NCBI GenBank assembly: GCA_019136685.1
Contig: JAGVTS010000124.1
Location: 17,460-81,459 of the forward strand
DNA: 64,000 nt
Direction of reading: 5' to 3'
DNA from: Bacillota bacterium
GTDB lineage: Bacteria > Bacillota > DTU025
In this document: in pieces, positions 1 to 7,245 of the stretch
Layout of the letters: each line of letters opens with the position of its first letter
Position numbering within the stretch: the first letter of the stretch is position 1
The notes under the pieces: model-generated
Told to the model about the DNA's origin: nothing
Seen by the model: the letters and a program-made list of their open reading frames with translations, nothing else
The model's database searches: none
Made by a program: the position numbers and the translations under genes

Positions 1-82
1 CCCAGATCCGACTGTCGGGCGATGGACGAATGCCGAGGCATGTCGTGCCGGACCGAGTGGGAACGGAGGTTGGCGGTAGGCA

Positions 83-544
83 ATGGAACACGGCTGCGCC
101 GCGTACTTGGCCCCTGTCATGCTGGGGGGCATGGATTACGACAAACACTCATGGGTTGCGCAGATACAAGGCTGGCTGGCATCCCTTCCCGGCGACTCTC
201 AGCTACCGGCAGGGGCATTCTGCGAGTTGATGCGCGAAGCTTTTGAGGCTGACAGAGCTGGGATGTACCTGAAAAGCCTCTCGATTCTCAGCAAGGCTGA
301 GCGACTCCTGGCCGATTGCGACGCGCTCGATTCCTTCGTCTACGCGATGGGGGGCACTCCGCGCAGGATTCCGACTGATCCCGGCGGCGGCCCGCGGAAC
401 ACGCAACCCGGCCCCACCGGGGGAGGCGGCACGAGCTCGGGTAACCCGTGCGACTCCATGAATGATGATACGTGTTCGCAGTGTATCGGCGGCTTGTGCC
501 TTTACGGCATTCTGAATGCAATATGCGGAGGCGGGTGCTCATAA
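83..544 (+). CDS. hypothetical small protein (153 aa) with Gly-rich linker and Cys-rich hydrophobic C-terminal tail
   Basis: Complete ORF with ATG at 83, in-frame stop at 77-79 and GGAGG about 14 nt upstream. C-terminus reads ...GGGPRNTQPGPTGGGGTSSGNPCDSMNDDTCSQCIGGLCLYGILNAICGGGCS, holding 7 of the protein's 11 Cys in the last ~35 aa. First gene of a co-directional coupled operon. No family recognised. Confidence 0.45.
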   Translation: MEHGCAAYLAPVMLGGMDYDKHSWVAQIQGWLASLPGDSQLPAGAFCELMREAFEADRAGMYLKSLSILSKAERLLADCDALDSFVYAMGGTPRRIPTDPGGGPRNTQPGPTGGGGTSSGNPCDSMNDDTCSQCIGGLCLYGILNAICGGGCS

Positions 545-571
545 GCCGGTCTGGCCCTGCCGCCAATTTCC

Positions 572-1225
572 ATGGGAAGGAGAATCGTTGTGGAGTTGCC
601 CGATCCGGTCCCGATCACGCAGGATTTCGATGAACCCATGCACGTGCCCGAGCCCGAATCCGACCCAGGCCAGGATGCCTGCAGCGCAGGCACTACCGCG
701 GACATTGGCGCCGTCCAAAGCAAACTGGACCAGCTCATCGCCATGTTCGCCGACAAGATCCAGTACGATGACCAGAAGGAAAAGGCCTTCGCCAGGCTGT
801 ATGATGAACTCGACTCTTTCAAGCGTGACTTTGTGGAGCGCCGGATGAAAGAGGCCTACACCGATCTGATTCTGCTTTACGACAACATTAAGAACTATAC
901 CGGCGACGACGACGTTATGAGGGAAGAAGGCGCTCTCGCGCGAAGGTACCTTGGCTATGTAATGGAAGAACTCACCGAGGTGCTGGCACGGCGTGGGATA
1001 GAACCCATTGTTGCGGGCCCAGGCGTGGGCCCGGCGCAGTGCGGTTTTGATCCGCAGCTTCAGCGAGCCATACGCACGGTGCCCGCCGAATGCCACGGCG
1101 AGGATGGATGCGTGGTCCGCGTGGTGAAGGACGGGTTTACAAAGGACGGTAAGGTGTTCCGCCCACAATCGGTGATCGTGGCACGCTGGACGGAGCCTCC
1201 GAGCCCTCGAGGAGGCGATGTGTAG
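572..1225 (+). CDS. GrpE-like nucleotide exchange factor
   Basis: C-terminal region matches GrpE architecture: dimerisation helix (YLGYVMEELTEVLARRGIEPI), FDPQLQRA (GrpE FDPxxHxA) and beta-domain VVRVVKDGFTKDGKVFRPQSVIVA (GrpE V..V.Q.GY....RPA.V.V). Stop TAG overlaps the GTG start of the next gene (taGTG). Alternative start GTG at 590 follows GGAAGGAG. Confidence 0.65.
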   Translation: MGRRIVVELPDPVPITQDFDEPMHVPEPESDPGQDACSAGTTADIGAVQSKLDQLIAMFADKIQYDDQKEKAFARLYDELDSFKRDFVERRMKEAYTDLILLYDNIKNYTGDDDVMREEGALARRYLGYVMEELTEVLARRGIEPIVAGPGVGPAQCGFDPQLQRAIRTVPAECHGEDGCVVRVVKDGFTKDGKVFRPQSVIVARWTEPPSPRGGDV

Positions 1226-2757
1226 TGTCTCGTGCAATTGGAATCGATCTTGGCACTACGTTTTCGGCTATCGCTGTGCTCAACGAGTTTGGGAAGGCCG
1301 AGATAATCCCGAACGCGGAAGGAGAGCGCGTCACTCCATCTGTTGCGTACTTCGGCGACGATGACTCTGTGGTGGTCGGTACAGTCGCCAAGAATTCTGC
1401 CGTGAGCGATCCGTACAATGTGGTAGAGTTCATCAAACGGCAGATGGGCAATGCCGACTACGTGTTCACCCACGGCGATGCCGAATACGGCCCGGAACAG
1501 ATTTCGGCGCTCATACTCAAGAAGCTCAAGCAAGACGCTGAAAGGCTGCTCGGCGAGGCGGTCAACGATGCGGTGATCACGGTGCCAGCCTACTTCGACG
1601 ATGCACGCAGGCGCGCCACGATAAACGCGGGCAAGATAGCCGGCCTTAACGTGCTCCGCATAATCAATGAGCCCACGGCGGCGGCTTTGGCCTACGGGCT
1701 TACCAATGCGTCAGAGCAGCGGATAATGGTATATGACCTGGGAGGCGGCACGTTCGACGTGACCGTCATGGACGTGGCCAGAGGCGAGATCACGGTCGTC
1801 GCCACTGACGGCGACCACATGCTGGGCGGCAATGACTTCGACGACCAGATAATGCTCTACGTGAACGATGCCTTCAAACGGGAACACGGAGTCGACCTAC
1901 TTCGGGAGGTGGAGGTCCAGCAAGATCTGCGTCAGCGCGCGGAGGCAGCCAAGAAGACGCTGTCTTCTCGTCCATCGGCCAAGATCAGCATGAGCGCCTC
2001 CGGTAGGCGGCTGACGGTCGAACTTACGCGGGAGCAATTCGAACAGATGACCGGTCACCTTCTCGAGCGCACCAAGATGCTTGTCGAGTCGGTGATGAGC
2101 GAGGCCAAAACGGGATGGGGCCAGGTTGACACCGTGCTCTTGGTGGGAGGATCCACGCGCATGCCCATGGTGCCCCAGATGATCGAGCGCATGTCGGGCA
2201 GGGCCCCGAGCCGGGCCATCAACCCCGACGAGGCCGTGGCCATGGGCGCAGCGGTGCAGGCCGGCATCCTCATGGCCCAGAAGGGCGACGCCGCGATACT
2301 TGCTACCGCTGAAGGGCGCAGGCTTGCCAATACTCGAGTGACTGATGTGACGAGCCACGCTTTTGGGATCGTGTTGATGGATGATCGTACGAAAACCGAA
2401 TACAACCAGGTGATGATCGCCAAGAACACGCCGATTCCCCACGAGGTGCATGACCATTTCTATACGATTTCCAACAACCAGGAGCGCGTCAGGTTCGTAG
2501 TGCTTCAGGGGCAGGACCGCGATCCGGCCAACTGCAATACCATCGGCGAGACTGAACTCGAGTTCGACAGGCCCAAACCCAGGGGCTATCCTGTGCGGGT
2601 GACGTACCAGTATGACGCCAACATGGTGATGCACTGCTATATGGAGGATGAAAAGACCGGTCGCATTGCCGAGTTACATATTTCGCAGTCCGGCAGGATG
2701 AGCGACCGCGAAGTTGAGGCCAAGAAGCGGCTCATGGACCGGGTAAAGGTAGACTGA
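1225..2757 (+). CDS. Hsp70-family ATPase, lid-less paralog A (nucleotide-binding domain plus beta substrate-binding domain only, 510 aa)
   Basis: Hsp70 signatures present: IDLGTTFSA, ITVPAYFDD, NEPTAAALAYG, DLGGGTFDV, LLVGGSTRMP, NPDEAVAMGAA, plus SBD-beta motifs IAKNTPIP and PRGYPVRVTYQYDAN. Ends where the alpha-helical lid would begin; no EEVD tail. Translationally coupled to upstream GrpE-like gene. Confidence 0.8.
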   Translation: MSRAIGIDLGTTFSAIAVLNEFGKAEIIPNAEGERVTPSVAYFGDDDSVVVGTVAKNSAVSDPYNVVEFIKRQMGNADYVFTHGDAEYGPEQISALILKKLKQDAERLLGEAVNDAVITVPAYFDDARRRATINAGKIAGLNVLRIINEPTAAALAYGLTNASEQRIMVYDLGGGTFDVTVMDVARGEITVVATDGDHMLGGNDFDDQIMLYVNDAFKREHGVDLLREVEVQQDLRQRAEAAKKTLSSRPSAKISMSASGRRLTVELTREQFEQMTGHLLERTKMLVESVMSEAKTGWGQVDTVLLVGGSTRMPMVPQMIERMSGRAPSRAINPDEAVAMGAAVQAGILMAQKGDAAILATAEGRRLANTRVTDVTSHAFGIVLMDDRTKTEYNQVMIAKNTPIPHEVHDHFYTISNNQERVRFVVLQGQDRDPANCNTIGETELEFDRPKPRGYPVRVTYQYDANMVMHCYMEDEKTGRIAELHISQSGRMSDREVEAKKRLMDRVKVD

Positions 2758-2780
2758 TCAGGGGAGCAGAGGAGCGGGAG

Positions 2781-3488
2781 ATGGCAAAGGGCGCTATACA
2801 CAGAGTCTGGGCCGACTACGACGTGACTTACGGCGGGCGTCGGGGCATCATGATTCACGCCTCAATGGCAGTTACCGAACGCAGAAGAGCTCAGTCGGAG
2901 CAGGTACTAGTGATCTACTGGTTCTACTACACCGACGGCAAGCCGGTGCCCGGCGTTTCCAGCGAATTCACCGATAGCGGCGGGAACGCCTGCGCCTATG
3001 AGAGTGTTGATACTCCATATCCATCTACAGGCTACGATGATTTCTCGGTGTTCGTTCCCTATGAGGCGCTGAGCCATCAAGGGTCCGGGTCGTTCAGCGC
3101 GTATGCCAACGCAGCCTTGTTCGAAGGCGACACCGTCATAGCCTGGGCGCCTAGGGTGCTGTCGTTCACGTTGACTATGCAGGACGTTCATGAGCACGAG
3201 AAGGGCGGGCAAACGGGGCCCCAACGCACAACCAGGACCACCACTACTACGACTAGCCCGGATACGGGCGGCTCACGCGGTTTCGGCGGCCAGTCGCCTG
3301 CACAAAGATACCGTCGGATGTTCGGCATACCGCCCGGCGCAAGCCCGGCTCAGATCAAGCAGATTTTGGACCGCGAGTATCAGAAGTACAGAGCGCGGGT
3401 GAATAGCCCTGACCTTTCGGCCAGGCAGGAGGCTGACCGAATGATTGTGGAGATAGGCAAGGCCCGGCAGGCGTTGCTGCCGCACTAG
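2781..3488 (+). CDS. hypothetical protein with C-terminal J-domain-like region (SPD in place of HPD)
   Basis: RBS GGAGCGGGAG lies before the ATG. C-terminal ~60 aa (RYRRMFGIPPGASPAQIKQILDREYQKYRARVNSPDLSARQEADRMIVEIGKARQALL) aligns by eye to the J-domain helix II - loop - helix III pattern, with SPD at the HPD position. N-terminal ~140 aa is an unrecognised domain, followed by a Thr-rich linker (RTTRTTTTTTSPD). Lies between two Hsp70 paralogs. Confidence 0.5.
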   Translation: MAKGAIHRVWADYDVTYGGRRGIMIHASMAVTERRRAQSEQVLVIYWFYYTDGKPVPGVSSEFTDSGGNACAYESVDTPYPSTGYDDFSVFVPYEALSHQGSGSFSAYANAALFEGDTVIAWAPRVLSFTLTMQDVHEHEKGGQTGPQRTTRTTTTTTSPDTGGSRGFGGQSPAQRYRRMFGIPPGASPAQIKQILDREYQKYRARVNSPDLSARQEADRMIVEIGKARQALLPH

Positions 3489-3505
3489 AAGGGGGAGGCG
3501 GACCC

Positions 3506-5038
3506 ATGAAGGCAGTTGGAATCGACCTTGGCACTACGTTTTCGGCTTTGGCTGTGCTGAACGATTATGGCAATCCCGAAATCGTGCCGAACAGGGAGGG
3601 CGAGCGCATCACGCCGTCGGTGGCGCTGTTCGATGCGGAGAACCAGGTCACTGTGGGGGCGATTGCCAAGAACACCGCGGTAAGCGATCCGGAGAACGTG
3701 GTCGAGTTCATCAAGAGGCAGATGGGCAACCCGGACTTCGTTTTCGTCCACAGCGGCAGGGAGTTCCGCCCGGAAGACATCTCTGCGATGATCATCAAAA
3801 AGCTGAAGGCCGATGCCGAGACGCTTCTCGGCGCCGAGCTTCCCAGCGCAGTAATAACAGTGCCGGCCTATTTCGACGACGCCCGCAGGCAGGCTACCAT
3901 GAATGCGGGAAGAATCGCTGGGTTCAACGTGCTCGGGATAGTGAACGAACCTACAGCGGCGGCGCTGGCCTACGGCATGAGCAACCCCGATGTTCGTCAG
4001 CGGATCCTCGTGTACGACTTGGGCGGCGGCACCTTCGACGTGACGCTTATGGAAGTGACGGAGGGCAAGATCCGCGTGCTTGCCACCGACGGCGACCATC
4101 AGCTGGGCGGCAAGGACTTTGACGACAAGATAATCATGTACTGCAACGACGAGTTCAAGCGCGAGCACGGCATCGACCTTCTTGACGACCTTGAGGCTCT
4201 GCAGGACTTGCGCCAGCGGGCCGAGTCGGCCAAGAAGACTCTCTCGTCCAGAGACTCAGCCAAGATCACCATAAGCGCCCAGGGAGCGAGGCTCACTGTA
4301 GAGATGGCCCGCAAGCAGTTCGAGGAGATGACCGCAGAGTTGCTTGTACGTTCGGAAATGCTCCTGGATGCGGTGATGGGGGCGGCGGAACTAGGGTGGG
4401 CCGATGTCGATCAGGTGCTCCTGGTCGGGGGCATGACTCGCATGCCGGCGGTTATGGAGATGATTCGCAGGGTGAGCGGTAAGGAGCCCACTCTATCAGT
4501 CAACCCAGACGAAGCAATCGCCCTGGGGGCAGCCATATATGCCGGCATCATACTGGCCGGTCGGGGCGATCCTGAGGTGGTATTGAGCGAAGCAGGGCGC
4601 CGGCTGCGCGATACCGTAATCGAGGACGTCACGAGCCACAGCTACGGTGTGCTGCTTGTCGACTCCAAAACAGGGAGCGACATCAATGAGATAATGATCG
4701 CCAAGAACTCCCCCATCCCGGCCGCGCGGACCGCCACGTACTACGTACATGAAGATGGGCAATCGTGCGTGGAACTCGTGGTGCTGCAGGGCGAAGATAG
4801 AAACCCGGCCAACTGCAATGAGATCGGCAGGGTGGTGTTGCCGCTCGGCGGCTCGAAACCCCGCAATTACCCCATAGAAGTAACCTACGAGTACGACGTC
4901 AACATGATAATGCATGCGACCATCAAGGATCCGCAGACGGGGGCCCAAAAGTCGCTCCAGATTACGCAGCAAGGACGGCTGACCAACGCAGAGGTTGAGG
5001 AAAAGCGGGAGACCATGCAAGAAGTCGAGGTAGTTTAA
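3506..5038 (+). CDS. Hsp70-family ATPase, lid-less paralog B (510 aa)
   Basis: Same length as and colinear with paralog A, roughly two-thirds identical by eye. Same Hsp70 motifs: IDLGTTFSA, DLGGGTFDV, LLVGGMTRMP, NPDEAIALGAA, IAKNSPIP, PRNYPIEVTYEYDVN. RBS GGGGGAGG upstream. Stop TAA overlaps the ATG of the next gene (TAATG). Confidence 0.8.
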   Translation: MKAVGIDLGTTFSALAVLNDYGNPEIVPNREGERITPSVALFDAENQVTVGAIAKNTAVSDPENVVEFIKRQMGNPDFVFVHSGREFRPEDISAMIIKKLKADAETLLGAELPSAVITVPAYFDDARRQATMNAGRIAGFNVLGIVNEPTAAALAYGMSNPDVRQRILVYDLGGGTFDVTLMEVTEGKIRVLATDGDHQLGGKDFDDKIIMYCNDEFKREHGIDLLDDLEALQDLRQRAESAKKTLSSRDSAKITISAQGARLTVEMARKQFEEMTAELLVRSEMLLDAVMGAAELGWADVDQVLLVGGMTRMPAVMEMIRRVSGKEPTLSVNPDEAIALGAAIYAGIILAGRGDPEVVLSEAGRRLRDTVIEDVTSHSYGVLLVDSKTGSDINEIMIAKNSPIPAARTATYYVHEDGQSCVELVVLQGEDRNPANCNEIGRVVLPLGGSKPRNYPIEVTYEYDVNMIMHATIKDPQTGAQKSLQITQQGRLTNAEVEEKRETMQEVEVV

Positions 5039-6183
5039 TGGAGGCAGGGGCAGGGACGGAGCGGGGCGCACGTACCCGGGCGCTTTACGAGCAACTGCTG
5101 GCGCCCGTGGCCCGGCAAGTCGACGCGGAACTGACGAATGAAGGGCACAACCTTCCGGCTGAACTGCGCGACATGTACGACTACGCTGTCGGCGGCGGTA
5201 TGAGATTCAGGCCGTGCCTGATGTACCTGGCGTACCTTGTGTGTAGTGCGGGCATGGGCGGGGAGTGCGGGCGTGATGGAGGCGATGGCTGCGGCAGCTG
5301 CATTGGCCTCGATAACCTGATTCAGCTTGCGTCAGCTGTGGAGTTGCTCCACAAAGCGTCGTTGGTTCACGACGACCTCATCGACGGCGACACTCTTCGC
5401 AGGGGGCGGCAGTCGTTTCACGAGGCATTCGGGAGCGAGCGCGCCGTAGTAATGGGTGACTTGCTAGTGGCAATGGCTCACGATGTGGTTGAGCGGATGC
5501 GTTCGGTCTTGCCGACCGGAGTGTACTCCCAAATCCGCTCCCGGTTCAACAAGGCCCATATCGACCTGTGCCGAGGTGAGTTGCTGGAGTTGGTCGCTTC
5601 GCTTTGCGAGCGCGCTCTGGCACGCGATTACGTGGATAGGGTGATCGAAGGAAAGACCGCGTCGCTGATGGAGCAGTCGATGGCCATGGGGGCGATCATC
5701 GCGGGCGCGCCCGCGGCTCGTGTGGATGCCTTGGCACGCTACGGACGGTGCATGGGGTTCGTGTTCCAGACTATCAATGATATAAACAACCTGACAGGGT
5801 TCGACCTAGGCGTCAAGGGGCAGGCCATGACAGACCTGGCGCTGGGCCGTGTGGGATACCCTGTTCTGGGCCTTGCGATGATCGCGGGCGCTGAAGAGAC
5901 TGGCCTCTTTGCACGGGCCCCGGGGATTAGGCGAGTTGAGGGCTCGGGCGACGCCCTGCGTGAGCTGGTTCAGGGGGGGCAGCTGTGCGTGTGGCTCGAG
6001 GGGATAATATGCGAATATGCGGGCCGAGCGCGACAGGCGCTGGAGGCCCTGCCGGAATGTGGCGCGCGCGACGCCCTGGACGCGATAGGACGCGAGATGT
6101 TCGAATCGTGGTTCTGGAATCCCGAAGCGCGCGTCGATAGCCTGGGAGGCGGATGCAGTGAAGAGTCTCCGCCCGCTAACTGA
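5038..6183 (+). CDS. polyprenyl synthetase (trans-isoprenyl diphosphate synthase) family protein with degenerate second Asp-rich motif
   Basis: GGGMRFRP (IPPS GGKRxRP), intact first Asp-rich motif LVHDDLIDGDTLRRGRQ, GKTASL. Second motif reads FQTINDINNL where FQxxDDxxD is expected. Cys/Gly-rich insertion (GGECGRDGGDGCGSCIG) before the first motif. Coupled to the upstream Hsp70 gene. Confidence 0.65.
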   Translation: MEAGAGTERGARTRALYEQLLAPVARQVDAELTNEGHNLPAELRDMYDYAVGGGMRFRPCLMYLAYLVCSAGMGGECGRDGGDGCGSCIGLDNLIQLASAVELLHKASLVHDDLIDGDTLRRGRQSFHEAFGSERAVVMGDLLVAMAHDVVERMRSVLPTGVYSQIRSRFNKAHIDLCRGELLELVASLCERALARDYVDRVIEGKTASLMEQSMAMGAIIAGAPAARVDALARYGRCMGFVFQTINDINNLTGFDLGVKGQAMTDLALGRVGYPVLGLAMIAGAEETGLFARAPGIRRVEGSGDALRELVQGGQLCVWLEGIICEYAGRARQALEALPECGARDALDAIGREMFESWFWNPEARVDSLGGGCSEESPPAN

Positions 6184-6760
6184 GTCGGCCCTTGCCGCGG
6201 CTGTGTGTGTAGTTGTGTGGGCGCTGTCACTGGGTATTCCGGGGCTGGGGGGCTATGTGAGATACATGACGCCGAGCTTTATCGCGATCGTGGGAGCGCG
6301 CCACGGAGCGAGATGGTCGCTGGCGGCGTGCGCAGTGGCGAGCGCCGGTGTAGCGATCACGCTGGGGCCGACCCAGTTCCTCATCTGCCTCCTTCTGGGC
6401 GCCCCCATGGCGGTGCTTCTTCCCATGATGAACCGGCGCGCCAAGCCTGCGCCCTGGTGGGCGCTGACGTCAGTCATCTACGCCGTGGCCGTTACAGTTC
6501 TGGGCTGCGGGTTGGCCGCGCTCTACGGTGCAGGACTTCGCGACTATGGGTCGGCGACTGCGTCAGCCAACTACGCTGCTTTGGGCGGCATGTGGGCTCG
6601 GCTAGGCGTGGAGCGGAGCGAGCTTGCCGCGTTCGCCGGCCGATCAGCGTGGGTCATCGTCCCGGGAGTCGGCGTCGTCAGCGGAGTCATGATGTACATG
6701 ATCAACGTAGTACCGTATAGAATCGGCCTCAGAACCCTCGACCGGACGCGCCGCCGGTAG
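6158..6760 (+). CDS. polytopic membrane protein, unknown function
   Basis: 200 aa, about 5 predicted hydrophobic helices, basic C-terminus. Overlaps the end of the preceding gene by 26 nt in another frame. Last gene of the co-directional block. Confidence 0.4.
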   Translation: MKSLRPLTESALAAAVCVVVWALSLGIPGLGGYVRYMTPSFIAIVGARHGARWSLAACAVASAGVAITLGPTQFLICLLLGAPMAVLLPMMNRRAKPAPWWALTSVIYAVAVTVLGCGLAALYGAGLRDYGSATASANYAALGGMWARLGVERSELAAFAGRSAWVIVPGVGVVSGVMMYMINVVPYRIGLRTLDRTRRR

Positions 6761-7238
6761 CGCCGGCCCTTGCGCCTCCGGCGGTCGCAGCCTGTGCAAA
6801 TGCCGATAGATCCACATCGGCAGATGATATCCGCACCATGGCTTGTCCAGGCTGAATAGTTATCCCCGCCATGTCCAGCGACCTTAGCGCCCCGCGGCTT
6901 GCCTGAACGAGATCGATCGTTATCACGCCGCGACCCAGGTAGCTTACGCCCTGGGGCAGGCGCGAGGAGATCCGGTTGATGAGCACATCCATAGGACCGG
7001 TTCCCAGCCCCATCGGACCGGATACACGCACTGTCAGGCTGGCGCCGCGCGCGGCGACCACCTCTACTCGGAAAGACGGATGAATGGGCACAGGCGCGCG
7101 GACGGTAGTGTCGACAACCACTACCCCTTGTTCGAATCTCAGACCCCTCACAACGAACTCGGGAGACGATGCAACGCTGGCCACGACCTGCTTCACTTCC
7201 CGATCGTCCACAGCAAGCACCAGCGACTCCATTAGCAT
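6729..7238 (-). CDS. hypothetical protein (possible PilZ-like beta-barrel protein)
   Basis: 169-aa ORF with reasonable protein-like composition. Weak resemblance to PilZ/YcgR-type domains (RxxxR ... D.S..G-like spacing). Not confidently assigned. Confidence 0.35.
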   Translation of the reverse strand: MLMESLVLAVDDREVKQVVASVASSPEFVVRGLRFEQGVVVVDTTVRAPVPIHPSFRVEVVAARGASLTVRVSGPMGLGTGPMDVLINRISSRLPQGVSYLGRGVITIDLVQASRGALRSLDMAGITIQPGQAMVRISSADVDLSAFAQAATAGGARAGATGGASGRGF

Positions 7239-7245
7239 CTCAAGC

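Noticed and set aside
539-5071. Long antisense ORFs overlapping the GrpE-like and Hsp70 genes (e.g. 539..1237 -, 1897..2634 -, 3485..4168 -, 4496..5071 -)
   Set aside because: Arg/His/Pro-rich low-complexity translations typical of the reverse strand of high-GC coding DNA. The + strand partners have unambiguous family motifs.
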